From: the human T2T-CHM13v2.0 reference genome, Homo sapiens
DNA: 64,000 nt
Assembly: GCF_009914755.1 (NCBI RefSeq)
Contig: NC_060933.1
Strand: one strand, 5' to 3'
In this document: in pieces, positions 23,501 through 38,639 of the stretch
Position numbering within the stretch: the stretch's first letter is position 1
Layout of the letters: the number at the start of each line of letters is the position of its first letter
Translations under genes and position numbers: made by a program
Notes under the pieces: model-generated
Told to the model about the DNA's origin: nothing
The model's database searches: none
Seen by the model: only the letters and a program-made list of their open reading frames with translations

Positions 23501-26500
23501 TCCATTCCATTGCATTCCATTCCATTCCATTCCCCTGCTGTCGGGTTGTTTCCATTCCATTCCATTCCATTCCATTCCATTCCATTCCATTCCGTTCCGT
23601 TCCATTCCATTCCATTCTATTCGGGTTAATTCCATTCCATTCCATTCCATTCCATTCCATTCCATTCCAATCGAGTTGATTCCATTCCATTCTATTCCAT
23701 TCCATTCCACTCCATTCCAGTCCTTTCCATTCCATTCCACTCGGGTTGATTCCAATGTATTCCTTTCCATTCCATTCCATTCCATTGCAATCGAGTTGAT
23801 TCCATTGCTTTGCATTCCATTTCATTCCATTCCATTCCGGATGATTCCATTCCATTGCATTCCATTCCATTCCATTCCCCTGCACTCGGGTTGATTCCAT
23901 TCCATTCCACTCCATTCCGTTCCATTCCATTCCATTCCATTGTATTCGAGTTAATTCCATTCCATTCCATTCCATTCCATTCCATTCCATTCCATTACAA
24001 TCGAGTTGATTCCATTCCATTCCATTCCATTCCATTCCATTCCATTCCATTCCAGTCCTTTCCATTCCATTCCACTCGGGTTGATTCCATTCTATTAGTT
24101 TCCATTCCATTCCATTCCCTTCCATTCCACTCTGGTTGATTCCATTCCTTTCCATTCCACTCGAATACATTCCCTCCTATTCCACTCGGAACGATTCCAT
24201 TCCATTCCATTCCATTCCATTCCATTCCATTCCATTCCATTCCATTTCGTTCCATTCCATTCTATTCCGTATCATTCCATTCCATTCCATTTCATTCCAT
24301 TCCATTCCATTCCACTCGTGTTGATTCCATTCCTTTCCATTCCGTTCGGTTTGAAGGCATTCCATTCCATTCCATTCCATTCCATTCCATTCCATTCCAT
24401 TGTACTCGGTTTGATTGCATTCCATTGCATTCCATTCCATTCCATTCCGTTGCATTCCATTCCATTGCATTCGGATTGATTCTATTCAACTCCCTTACTC
24501 TCTATTACGTTCCATTCCATTCGGGTTGTTCCATTCCATTCCATTCCATTCCACTCCATTCCATTGCACTCGGGTTGATTCCATTCCATTCCATTCCATT
24601 CCATTCCATTCCATTCCGGATGATTCCATTCCATTACATTCCGTTCCATTACATTCCCCTGCACTCGCGTTGATTCCATTCCATTGCATTCCATTCCATT
24701 CCATTCCATTCCGTTCCGTTCCGTTCCATTCCATTCCTTTGCATTCCATTCCATTCCGTTCCGTTCCATTCCATTCCATTCCCTTCTATTCGGGTTAATT
24801 CCATTCCATTCCATTCGATTGCAATCGAGTTGATTCCATTCCATTCCATTCCATTCCATTGCATTCCTTTCCATTCCATTCCTTTCCATTCCATTACGGA
24901 TGATTCCATTCCATTGCATTCCATTCCATTACATTCCTCTGCACTCGGGTTGATTCCATTCCATTCCATTCCATTCCATTCAATTCCATTCTATTACAAT
25001 TCGTTCCATTCCATTCTATTCCGTACCATTCCATTCCATTCCATACAATTCCATTCCATTCCATTCCATTCCATTCCATTCCGTTCCATTCCGTTCCATT
25101 CCATTCCATTCCATTCGGGTTAATTCCATTCCATTCCATTCCATTCCATTCTATTCCATTCCATTGCAATCGAGTTGAATCCATTGCATTTCATTCCATT
25201 CCATTCCATTCCGGAAGATTCCATTCCATTGCATTCGATTCCATTCCATTCACCTGCACTCGCGTTGATTCCATTCCATTCCATTGCATTCCATTCCATT
25301 CCGTTCCGTTCCGTTCCGTTCCATTCCATTCCATTCCATTCCATTCCATTCCGTTCCGTTCCATTCCATTCCATTCCATTCTATTCGGGTTAATTCCATT
25401 CCATTCCATTCGATTGCAATCGTGTTGATTCCATTCCATTCCATTCCATTCCATTCCATTCCATTCCATTCCATTCCTTTCCATTCCATTACGGATGATT
25501 CCATTCCATTGCATTCCATTCCATTCCATTCCCCTGTACTCGGGTTGATTCCATTCCATTGCATTCCAATCCATGCCCTTCTACTCGTGTTGATTCCATT
25601 CTTTCCATTCCATTCAAGTTGAATCCATTCCATTGCAATCCATTCCATTCGATTCCATTCGATTGCACTCGGGTTGATTCCATTCCATTGCATTCCATTC
25701 CATTCCATTCCATTCCATTCCATTCCATTCCGTTCCATTCCATTCCATTACATTCGGATTGATTCTATTCAATTCCCTTACACTCCATTACATTCCATTC
25801 CATTCGGGTAGTTTCCATTCCATTCCATTCCATTCCTCTCCATTCCATTGCACTCGGGTTGATTCCATTCCATTGCATTCCATTCCATTCCATTCAATTC
25901 CATTCCGTTCCATTCCACTCCATTACATTCGGATTGATTCTATTCAACTCCCTTACTCTCCATTACATTCCATTCCATTAGGGCTGTTCCATTCCATTCC
26001 ATTGCATTCCACTCCATTCCATTGCACTCGGGTTTATTCCATTCCATTCCATTCCATTCCATTTCATTCCGTTCCATTCCGGAAGATTCCATTCCATTGC
26101 ATTCCATTCCATTCCATTCCCCTGCACTCGCGTTGATTCCATTCCATTCCATTCCATTCCATTCCATTCCATTCCATTCCTTTCCGTTCCATTCCATTCC
26201 ATTCCATTCCATTCCATTCCATTCCATTCCGTTCCATTCCGTTCCATTCCATTCCATTCCATTCTATTCGGGTTAATTCCATTCCATTCCACTCGATTGC
26301 AATCGAGTTGATTCCATTCCATTCCATTCCATTCCATTGCATTCCATTCCTTTCCATTCCATTCCTTTCCATTCCATTACGGATGATTCTATTCCATTGC
26401 ATTCCATTCCATTCCATTCCCCTGTACTCGGGTTCATTCCATTCCATTCCATTCCAATCCATGCCATTCCACTCGTGTTGATTCCATTCTTTCCTTTCCA

Positions 26501-29120
26501 TTCAAGTTGAATCCATTCCATTGCATTCCATTCCATTCCATTCCCCTGCAGTCGGGTTGATTCCATTCCATTCCATTCCATTCCATTCCATTCCATTCCG
26601 TTACGTTCCGTTCCATTCCATTCCATTCCATTCTATTCGGGTTAATTCCATTCCATTCCGTTTCGTTCCGTTCCATTCCATTCCATTCCATTCTATTCGG
26701 GTTAATTCCATTCCATTCCATTCCATTCCATTCCATTCCAATTGAGTTGATTCCATTCCATTCTATTCCATTCCATTCCATTCCATTTCGTTCCATTCCA
26801 TTCTATTCCGTATCATTCCATTCCATTCCATTTCATTCCATTCCATTCCATTCCACTCGTGTTGATTCCATTCCTTTCCATTCCATTCGGTTTGAAGGCA
26901 TTCCATTCCATTCCATTCCATTCCATTCCATTCCATTCCGTTCCATTCCATTCCATTCCATTGTACTCGGGATGATTGCATTCCAATGCATTCCATTCCA
27001 TTCCATTCCGTTGCATTCCATTCCATTACATTCGGATTGATTCTATTCAACTCCCTTACTCTCCATTACGTTCCATTCCATTCGGGTTGTTCCATTCCAT
27101 TCCATTCCATTCCACTCCATTCCATTGCACTCGGGTTGATTCCATTCCATTCCATTCCATTCCATTCCATTCCATTCCATTCCATTCCGGATGATTCCAT
27201 TCCATTACATTCCGTTCCATTACATTCCCCTGCACTCGCGTTGATTCCATTCCATTCCATTCCGTTCCATTCCATTCCATTCCATTCCATTCCATTCCGT
27301 TCCTTTCCATTCCGTTCCATTCCATTCTATTCGGGTTAATTCCATTCCATTCCATTCGATTGCAATCGAGTTGATTCCATTCCATTGCATTCCATTCCAT
27401 TCGATTCCATTCGATTGCACTAGGGTTGATTCCATTCCATTGCATTCCATTCCATTCCATTCCATTCCATTCAGTTCCATTCCTTTCCATTACATTCGCA
27501 TTGATTCTATTCAATTCCCTTACACTCCATTACATTCCATTCCATTCGGGTAGTTTCCACTCCATTCCATTCCATTCCTCTCCATTCCATTGCATTCGGG
27601 TTGATTCCATTCCATTGCATTCCATTCCATTCCATTCAATTCCATTCCGTTCCATTCCATTCCATTCCATTACATTCGGATTGATTCTATTCAACTCCCT
27701 TATACTCCATTACATTCCATTCCATTCGGGTTGTTCCATTCCATTCCATTCCATTCCACTCGGTTTGATTCCATTCCATTCCATTCCATTCCATTCCGGA
27801 AGATTCCATTCCATTGCATTCCATTACATTCCATTCCCCTGCACTCGCGTTGATTCCATTCCATTCCATTCCATTCCATTCCATTCCATTCCGTTCCGTT
27901 CCATTCCATTCCATTCCATTCCATTCCATTCCGTTACGTTCCATTCCATTCCATTCCATTCTATTCGGGTTAATTCCATTCCATTCCATTCCATTCCATT
28001 CCATTGCGGAAGATTCCATTCCATTGCATTCCATTCCATTCCATTCCCCTGCACTCGCGTTGATTCCATTCCATTCCATTCCATTCCATTCCATTCCATT
28101 CCATTCCTTTCCGTTCCATTCCATTGCATTCCATTCCATTCCGTTCCGTTCCCTTCCGTTCCGTTCCATTCCATTCCATTCCATTCTATTCGGGTTAATT
28201 CCATTCCATTCCATTCGACTGCAATCGACTTGATTCCATTCCATTCCATTCCATTCCATTCCATTCCATTGCATTCCATTCCTTTCCATTCCATTACGGA
28301 TGATTCCATTCCATTGCATTCCATTCCATTCCATTCCCCTGTACTCGGGTTGATTCCATTCCATTCCATTCCAATCCATGCCTTTCCACTCGTGTTGATT
28401 CCATTCTTTCCATTCCATTCAAGTTGAATCCATTCCATTGCATTCCATTCAATTCCATTCCACTGCAGTCGGGTTGATTCCATTCCATTCCATTCCATTC
28501 CATTCCATTCCGTTCCGTTCCGTTCCGTTCCGTTCCATTCCATTCCATTCCATTCCAATCTATTCGGGTTAATTCCATTCCATTCCATTCCATTCCATTC
28601 CATTTCAATCGAGTTGATTCCATTCCATTCCATTCCATTCCATTCCACTCCATTCCAGTCCTTTCCATTCCATTCCACTCGGGCTGATTCCAATGTATTC
28701 CTTTCCATTCCATTCCATTCCATTGCAATCGAGTTGATTCCATTGCTTTGCATTCCATTCCATTCCATTCCATTCCGGATGATTCCATTCCATTGCATTT
28801 CATTCCATTCCATTCCCCTGCACTCGGGTTGATTCCATTCCATTCCACTCCATTCCGTTCCATTCCATTGCATTCCATTGTATTCGGGTTAATTCCATTC
28901 CATTCCATTCCATTCCATTCCATTCCATTCCATTCCATTCCATCACAATCGAGTTGGTTCCATTCCATTCCATTCCATTCCATTCCATTCCATTCCATTC
29001 CGGATGATTCCATTGCATTAAATTCCGTTCCATTACATTCCCCTGCACTCGGGTTGATTCCATTCCATTCCATTCCATTCCATTCGATTCCATTCCATTC
29101 CAATTCTTTCCATTCCATTC

Positions 29121-29810
29121 TATTCCGTACCATTCCATTCCATTCCATACCATTCCATTCCATTCCATTCCATTCCGTTCCGTTCCGTTCCGTTCCATTC
29201 CATTCCATTCTATTTTATTCGGGTTAATTCCATTCCATTCCATTCTATTCCATTCCATTGCAATCGAGTTGAATCCATTGCATTCCATTCCATTCCATTC
29301 CGGAAGATTCCATTCCATTGCATTCCATTCCATTCCATTCCCCTGCACTCGCGTTGATTCCATTCCATTCCATTCCATTCCATTCCATTCCGTTCCGTTC
29401 CGTTCCATTCGATTCCATTCCATTCCGTTCCGTTCCGTTCCGTTCCATTCCATTCCATTCTATTCCGTACCATTCCATTCCATTCCATACCATTCCATTC
29501 CATTCCATTCCATTCCGTTCCGTTCCGTTCCGTTCCATTCCATTCCATTCTATTTTATTCGGGTTAATTCCATTCCATTCCATTCCATTCCATTCTATTC
29601 CATTCCATTGCAATCGAGTTGAATCCATTGCATTCCATTCCATTCCATTCCGGAAGATTCCATTCCATTGCATTCCATTCCATTCCATTCCCCTGCACTC
29701 GCGTTGATTCCATTCCATTCCATTCCATTCCATTCCATTCCGTTCCGTTCCGTTCCATTCGATTCCATTCCATTCCGTTCCGTTCCGTTCCGTTCCATTC
29801 CATTCCATTC
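29121..29810 (+). repeat. Tandem duplication, 2 x ~345 bp
   Basis: tattccgtac at 29121/29461; rare tattttattcggg at 29211/29551; ORF starts at 29269/29619 and 29318/29668. Confidence 0.85.
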
Positions 29811-32800
29811 TATTCGGGTTAATTCCATTCCATTCCATTCGATTGCAATCGAGTTGATTCCATTCCATTCCATTCCATTCCATTCCATTCCATTCCTTTC
29901 CATTCCATTACGGATGATTCCATTCCATTGCAATACATTCCATTCCATTCCCCTGTACTCGGGTTGATTCCATTCCATTCCATTCCATTCCATTCTATTC
30001 CATTCCATTCCATTCCATTCCGGAAGATTCCATTCCATTGCATTCCATTCCATTCCATTCCCCTGCACTCGCGTTGATTCCATTCCATTCCATTCCATTC
30101 CATTCCATTCCATTCCGTTCCGTTCCGTTCCATTCCATTCCATTCCATTCCATTCCATTCCGTTCCGTTCCATTCCATTCCATTCCATTCTATTCGGGTT
30201 AATTCCATTCCATTCCATTCGATTGTAATCGTGTTGATTCCATTCCATTACATTCCATTCCATTCCATTCCTTTCCATTCCATTACGGATGATTCCATTC
30301 CATTGCATTCCATTCCATTCCATTCCCCTGTACTCGGGTTGATTCCATTCCATTGCATTCCAATCCATGCCCTTCCACTCGTGTTGATTCCATTCTTTCC
30401 ATTCCATTCAAGTTGAATCCATTCCATTGCATTCCATTCAATTTGATTCCATTCGATTGCACTCGGGTTGATTCCATTCCATTGCATTCCATTCCATTCC
30501 ATTCCATTCCGTTCTATTCCATTCCATTACATTCGGATTGATTCTATTCAACTCCCTTACTCTCCATTACATTCCATTCCATTCGGGTTGTTCCATTCCA
30601 TTCCATTCCATTCCACTCCATTCCATTGCACTCGGGTTGATTCCATTCCTTTCCATTCCATTCCATTCCATTCCGGATGATTACATTCCATTGCATTCCG
30701 TTCCATTACATTCCCTTGCACTCGCGTTGATTCCATTCCATTCCATTCCATTCCATTCAATTCCAATCCATTAAAATTCGTTCCATTCTATTCTATTCCG
30801 TACCATTCCATTCCATTCCATGCCATTCCATTCCACTCCATTCCATTCCATTCCGTTCCATTCCGTTCCATTCCATTCCATTCCATTCTATTCGGATTAA
30901 TTCCATTCCATTCCATTCCATTCCATTCTATTCCATTGCATTGCAATCGAGTTGAATCCATTGCATTTCATTCCATTCCATTCCATTCCATTCCATTCCA
31001 TTCCGGAAGTTTCCATTCCATTGCATTCCATTCCATTCCATTCCCCTGCACTCGCGTTGATTCCATTCCATTCCATTCCATTCCATTCCGTTCCGCTCCA
31101 TTCCATTCCATTCCATTCCTTTCCGTTCCATTCCAGTCCATTCCATTCTATTCGGGTTAATTCCATTCCATTCCATTCGATTGCAATCGAGTTGATTCCA
31201 TTCCATTCCATTCCATTCCATTCCATTCCATTCCATTCCATTCCATTCCTTTCCGTTACATTCCATTCCATTCCATTCCATTCCATTCCATTCCGTTCCG
31301 TTCCGTTCCATTCCATTCCATTCCATTCTATTCGGGTTAATTCCATTCCATTCCATTCGATTGCAATTGAGTTGATTCCATTCCATTCAATTCCATTCCA
31401 TTCCATTCCATTCCTTTCCATTCCATTACGGATGATTCCATTCCATTGCATTCCATTCCATTCCATTCCCCCGTACTCGGGTTGATTCCATTCCATTCCA
31501 TTCCAATCCATGCCATTCCACTCGTGTTGATTCCATTCTTTCCATTCCATTCAAGTTGAATCCATTCCATTGCATTCCATTCCATTCCATTCCCCTGCAG
31601 TCGAGTTGATTCCATTCCATTCCATTCCATTCCATTCCATTCCATTCCATTCCGTTCCGATCCATTCCATTCCATTCCATTCTATTCGGGTTAATTCCAT
31701 TCCATTCCATTCCATTCCATTCCATTCCAATCGAGTTGATTCCATTCCATTCCATTCCATTCCATTCCACTCCATTCCAGTCCTTTCCATTCCATTCCAC
31801 TCGGGTTGATTCCAATGTATTCCTTTCCATTCCATTCCATTCCATTGCAATCGAGTTGATTCCATTGCTTTGCATTCCATTCCATTCCATTCCATTCCAG
31901 ATGATTCCATTCCATTGCATTCTATTCCATTCCATTCCCCTGTACTCGGGTTGATTCCATTCCATTCCACTCCATTCCGTTCCATTCCATTCCATTCCAT
32001 TGTATTCGGGTTAATTCCATTCCATTCCATTCCATTCCATTCCATTCCATTACAATCGAGTTGATTCCATTCCATTCCATTCCATTCCATTCCATTCCAG
32101 TCCTTTCCATTCCATTCCACTCGGGTTGATTCCATTCTATTAGTTTCCATTCCATTCCATTCCCTTCCATTCCACTCTGGTTGATTCCATTCCTTTCCAT
32201 TCCACTCGAATACATTCCCTCCTATTCCACTCGGAACGATTCCATCCCATTCCATTCCATTCCATTCCATTCCATTTCGTTCCATTCCATTCTATTCCGT
32301 ATCATTCCATTCCATTCCGTTCCATTCCATTCCATTCCATTCCACTCGTGTTGATTCCATTCCTTTCCATTCCATTCGGTTTGAAGGCATTCCATTCCAT
32401 TCCATTCCATTCCATTCCATTCCATTCCATTCCATTGTACTCGGGTTGATTCCATTCCATTGCATTCCATTCCATTCCATTCCATTCCATTCCGTTGCAT
32501 TCCATTCCATTACATTCGGATTGATTCTATTCAAATCCCTTACTCTGCATTACATTCCATTCCATACGGGTTGTTCCATTCCATTCCATTCCATTCCACT
32601 CCATTCCATTGCACTAGGGTTGATTCCATTCCATTCCATTCCATTCCATTCCGGATGATTCCATTCCATTGCATTCCGTTCCATTACATTCCCCTGCACT
32701 CGCGTTCATACCATTCCATTCCATTCCATTCAATTCTATTCCATTACAATTCGTTGCATTCCATTCTATTCCGTACCATTCCATTCCATTCCATACCATT

Positions 32801-35800
32801 CCATTCCATTCCATTCCATTCCATTCCATTCCATTCCATTGCATTCCATTCCATTCCATTCCATTCCATTCCATTCCATTCCATTCCGTTCCGTTCCATT
32901 CCTTTCCATTCCATTCTATTCGGGTTAATTCCATTCCATTCCATTCGATTGCAATCGAGTTGATTCCATTCCATTCCATTCCATTCCATTCCATTCCTTT
33001 CCATTCCATTACGGATGATTCCATTCCATTGCATTCCATTCCATTCCATTCCCCTGTACTCGGGTTGATTCCATTCCATTCCATTCCAATCCATGACATT
33101 CCACTCGTGTTGATTCCATTCTTTCCATTCCATTCAAGTTGAATCCATTCCATTGCATTCCATTCCATTCCATTCCCCTGCAGTCGGGTTGTTTCCATTC
33201 CATTCCATTCCATTCCATTCCATTCCATTCCATTCCGTTCCGTTCCATTCCATTCCATTCCATTCTATTCGGGTTAATTCCATTTCATTCCATTCCATTC
33301 CATTCCATTCCATTCCAATCGAGTTGATTCCATTCCATTCCATTCCATTCCATTCCACTCCATTCCAAGATATTCCTTTCCATTCCATTCCATTCCATTG
33401 CAATCGAGTTGATTCCATTGCTTTGCATTCCATTCCATTCCATTCCATTCCGGATGATTCCATTCCATTGCATTCCATTGCATTCCATTCCCCTGCACTC
33501 GGGTTGATTCCATTCCATTCCACTCCATTCCGTTCCATTCCATTCCATTCCATTGTATTCGGGTTAATTCCATTCCATTCCATTCCATTCCATTCCATTC
33601 CATTCCATTACAATCGAGTTGATTCCATTCCATTCCATTCCATTCCAGTCCTTTCCATTCTATTCCTCTCGGGTTGATTCCATTCTATTAGTTTCCATTC
33701 CATTCCATTCCCTTCCATTCCACTCTGGTTGATTCCATTCCTTTCCATTCCACTCGAATACACTCCCTCCTATTCCACTCAGAACGATTCCATTCCATTC
33801 CATTCCATTCCATTCCATTCCATTTCGTTCCATTCCATTCTATTCCGTATCATTCCATTCCATTCCATTCCATTCCATTCCATTCCTTTCCATTCCTTTC
33901 CATTGTACTCGGGTTGATACCATTCCATTGCGTTCCATTCCATTCCATTCCATTCCATTACGTTGCATTCCATTCCATTACATTCGGATTGATTCTATTC
34001 AACTCCCTTACTCTCCATTACATTCCATTCCATTCGGGTTGTTCCATTCCATTCCATTCCATTCCACTCCATTCCATTGCACTCGGGTTTATTCCATTCC
34101 ATTCCATTCCATTCCATTCCATTCCATTCCGGAAGATTCCATTCCATTGCATTCCATTCCATTCCATTCCCCTGCACTCGCGTTGATTCCATTCCATTCC
34201 ATTCCATTCCATTCCATTCCATTCCATTCCTTTCCCTTCCATTCCATTCCATTCCATTCCACTCCAATCCGTTCCATTCCGTTCCGTTCTGTTCCATTCC
34301 ATTCCATTCCATTCTATTCGGGTTAATTCCATTCCATTCCATTCGATTGCAATCGAGTTGATTCCATTCCAATCTATTCCATTCCATTCCATTCCTTTCC
34401 ATTCCATTACGGATGATTCCATTCCATTGCATTCCATTCCATTCCATTCCCCTGTACTCGGGTTGATTCCATTCCATCCCATTCCAATCCATGCCATTCC
34501 ACTCGTGTTGATTCCATTCTTTCCATTCCATTCAAGTTGAATCCATTCCATTGCATTCCATTCCATTCCATTACCCTGCAGTCGGGTTGATTCCATTCCA
34601 TTCCATTCCATTACATTCCATTCCATTGCATTCCGTTCCGTTCCATTCCATTCCATTCCATTCTATTCGGGTTAATTCCATTCCATTCCATTCCATTCCA
34701 TTCCAATCGAGTTGATTCCATTCCATTCCATTCCACTCCATTCCAGTCCTTTCCATTCCATTCCACTCGGGTTGATTCCAATGTATTCCTTTCCATTCCA
34801 TTCCATTCCATTGCAATCGAGTTGATTCCATTGCTTTGCATTCCATTCCATTCCATTCCATTCCGGATGATTCCATTCCATTGCATTCCATTCCATTCCA
34901 TTCCCCTGCACTCGGGTTGATTCCATTCCATTCCACTCCATTCCGTTCCATTCCATTCCATTCCATTGTATTCGGGTTAATTCCATTCCATTCCATTCCA
35001 TTCCATTCCATTCCATTACAATCGAGTTGATTCCATTCCATTCCATTCAATTCCAGTCATTTCCATTCCATTCCACTCGGGTTGATTCCATTCTATTAGT
35101 TTCCATTCCATTCCATTCCCTTCCATTCCACTCTGGTTGATACCATTCCTTTCCATTCCACCCGAATACATTCCCTCCTATACCACTCGGAATGATTCCA
35201 TTCCATTCCATTCCATTCCATTCCATTTCGTTCCATTCCATTCTATTCCGTATCATTCCATTCCATTCCATTCCATTCCATTCCATTCCATTCCATTCCA
35301 TTCCATTCCATTGTACTCGGGTTGATTCAATTCCATTGCATTCCATTCCATTCCATTCCATTCAATTCCATTCCATTACAATTCGTTCCATTCCATTCTA
35401 TTCCGTACCATTCCATTCCATTCCATACCATTCCATTCCACTCCATTCCATTCCATTCCGTTCCATTCCGTTCCATTCCATTCCATTCCATTCTATTCGG
35501 ATTAATTCCATTCCATTCCATTCCATTCCATTCTATTCCATTCCATTGCAATCGAGTTGAATCCATTGCATTTCATTCCATTCCATTCCATTCCATTCCA
35601 TTCCGGAAGATTCCATTCCATTGCATTGCATTCCATTCCATTCCCCTGCACTCGCGTTGATTCCATTCCATTCCATCCCATTCCATTCCATTCCATTCCA
35701 TTCCGTTCCGTTCCGTTCCATTCCATTCCATTCCATTCCATTCCATTCCGTTCCGTTCCGTTCCATTCCATTCCATTCCATTCTATTCGGGTTAATTCCA

Positions 35801-38639
35801 TTCCGTTCCATTCGATTGCAATCGAGTTGATTCCATTCCATTCCATTCCTTTCCATTCCATTACGGATGATTCCATTCCATTGCATTCCATTCCATTCCA
35901 TTCCCCTGTACTCGGGTTGATTCCATTCCATTCCATTCCAATCCATGCCATTCCACTCGTGTTGATTCCATTCTTTCCATTCCATTCAAGTTGAATCCAT
36001 TCCATTGCATTCCATTCCATTCGATTCCATTCGATTGCACTCGGGTTGATTCCATTCCATTGCATTCCATTCCATTCCATTCCATTCCATTCCATTACAT
36101 TACATTCGGATTGATTCTATTCAATTCCCTTACACTCCATTACATTCCATTCCATTCGGGTAGTTTCCATTCCATTCCATTCCATTCCTCTCCATTCCAT
36201 TGCACTCGGGTTGATTCCATTCCATTGCATTCCATTCCATTCCATTCAATTCCATTCCGCTCCATTCCATTCCATTACATTCGGATTGATTCTATTCAAC
36301 TCCCTTACTCTCCATGACATTCCATTCCATTCGGGTAGTTTCCATTCCATTCCATTCCATTCCTCTCTATTCCATTGAACTCGGGTTGATTCCATTCCAT
36401 TGCATTCCATTCCATTCCATTCAATTCCATTCCGTTCCATTCCATTCCATTACATTCGGATTAATTCTATTCAACTCCCTTACTCTCCATTACATTCCAT
36501 TCCATTCGGGTTGTTCCATTCCATTCCATTCCATTCCACTCCATATCATTGCACTCGGGTTTATTCCATTCCATTCCATTGCATTCCATTCCATTCCATT
36601 CCGGAAGATTCCATTCCATTGCATTCCATTCCATTCCATTCCCCTGCACTCGCGTTGATTCCATTCCATTCCATTACATTCCATTCCATTCCATTCCATT
36701 CCATTCCATTCCTTTCCGTTCCATTCCATTCCATTCCATTCCATTCCATTCCAATCCATTCCATTCCGTTCCGTTCCGTTCCATTCCATTCCATTCAATT
36801 CTATTCGGGTTAATTCCATTCCATTCCATTCGATTGCAATCGAGTTGATTCCATTCCATTCCATTCCATTCCATTCCATTCCATTCCATTCCATTCCATT
36901 CCTTTCCATTCCATTACGGATGATTCCATTCCATTGCATTCCATTCCATTCCATTCCCCTGTACTCGGGTTGATTCCATTCCATTCCATTCCAATCCATG
37001 CCATTCCACTCGTGTTGATTCCATTCTTTCCATTCCATTCAAGTTGAATACATTCCATTGCATTCCATTCCATTCCATTCCCCTGCAGTCGGGTTGTTTC
37101 CATTCCATTCCATTCCATTCCATTCCATTCCATTCCATTCCGTTCCGTTCCATTCCATTCCATTCCATTCTATTCGGGTTAATTCCATTTCATTCCATTC
37201 CATTCCATTCCATTCCATTCCAATCGAGTTGATTCCATTCCATTCCATTCCATTCCATTCCATTCCACTCCATTCCAGTCCTTTCCATTCCATTCCACTC
37301 GGGTTGATTCCAATGTATTCCTTTCCATTCCATTCCATTGCATTGCAATCGAGTTGATTCCATTGCTTTGCATTCCATTCCATTCCATTCCATTCCGGAT
37401 GATTCCATTCCATTGCATTCCATTCCATTCCATTCCCCTGCACTCGGGTTGATTCCATTCCATTCCACTCCATTCCGTTCCGTTCCATTCCATTGCATAG
37501 TATTCTGGTTAATTCCATTCCATTCCATTCCATTCCATTCCAGTCCTTTCCATTCTATTCCTCTCGGGTTGATTCCATTCTATTAGTTTCCATTCCATTC
37601 CATTCCCTTCCATTCCACTCTGGTTGATTCCATTCCTTTCCATTCCGCTCGAATACATTCCCTCCTATTCCACTCGGAACGATTCCATTCCATTCCATTC
37701 CATTCCATTCCATTCCATTCCATTCCATTCCATTCCATTTCGTTCCATTCCATTCTATTCCGTATCATTCCATTCCATTCCATTCCATTCCATTCCATTG
37801 TACTCGTGTTGATTCAATTCCATTGCATTCCATTCCATTCCATTCCATTCCATTCCGTTGCATTCAATTCCATTACATTCGGATTGATTCTATTCAACTC
37901 CCTTACTCTCCATTACATTCAATTCCATGCGGGTTGTTCCATTCCATTCCATTCCATTCCATTCCATTCCATTCCATTCCATTCCGGATGATTCCATTCC
38001 ATTGCATTCCGTTCCATTACATTCCCCTGCACTCGCGTTGATTCCATTCCATTCCATTCAATTCCATTCCATTACAATTCGTTCCATTCCATTCTATTCC
38101 GTACCATTCCATTCCATTCCATACCATTCCATTCCATTCCTTTCCATTCTGTTCCATTCCGTTCCATTCCATTCCATTCCATTCTATTCGAATTAATTCC
38201 ATTCCATTCCATTCCATTCCATTGTATTCCATTCCATTGCAATCGAGTTGAATCCTTTGCATTTCATTCCATTCCATTCCATTCCATTCCATTCGGGAAG
38301 ATGCCATTCCATTGCATTCCATTCCATTCCATTCCCCTGCACTCGCGTTGATTCCATTCCATTCCATTCCATTCCATTCCATTCCTTTCCATTCCATTAT
38401 GGATGATTCCATTCCATTGCATTCCATTCCATTCCATTCCCCTGTACTCGGTTTGATTCCATTCCATTCCATTCCAATCCATGCCATTCCACTCGTGTTG
38501 ATTCCATTCTTTCCATTCCATTCAAGTTGAATTCATTCCATTGCATTCCATTCCATTCGATTCCATTCGATTGCACTCGGGTTGATTCCATTCCATTGCA
38601 TTCCATTCCATTCCATTCCATTCCGTTCCATTCCATTCC

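Noticed and set aside
24163-24196. Non-pentamer-looking patches such as gaatacattccctcctattccactcggaacg and caactcccttactctcc as inserted elements
   Set aside because: They keep the 5-bp register, are degenerate pentamers, and recur many times as satellite landmarks.
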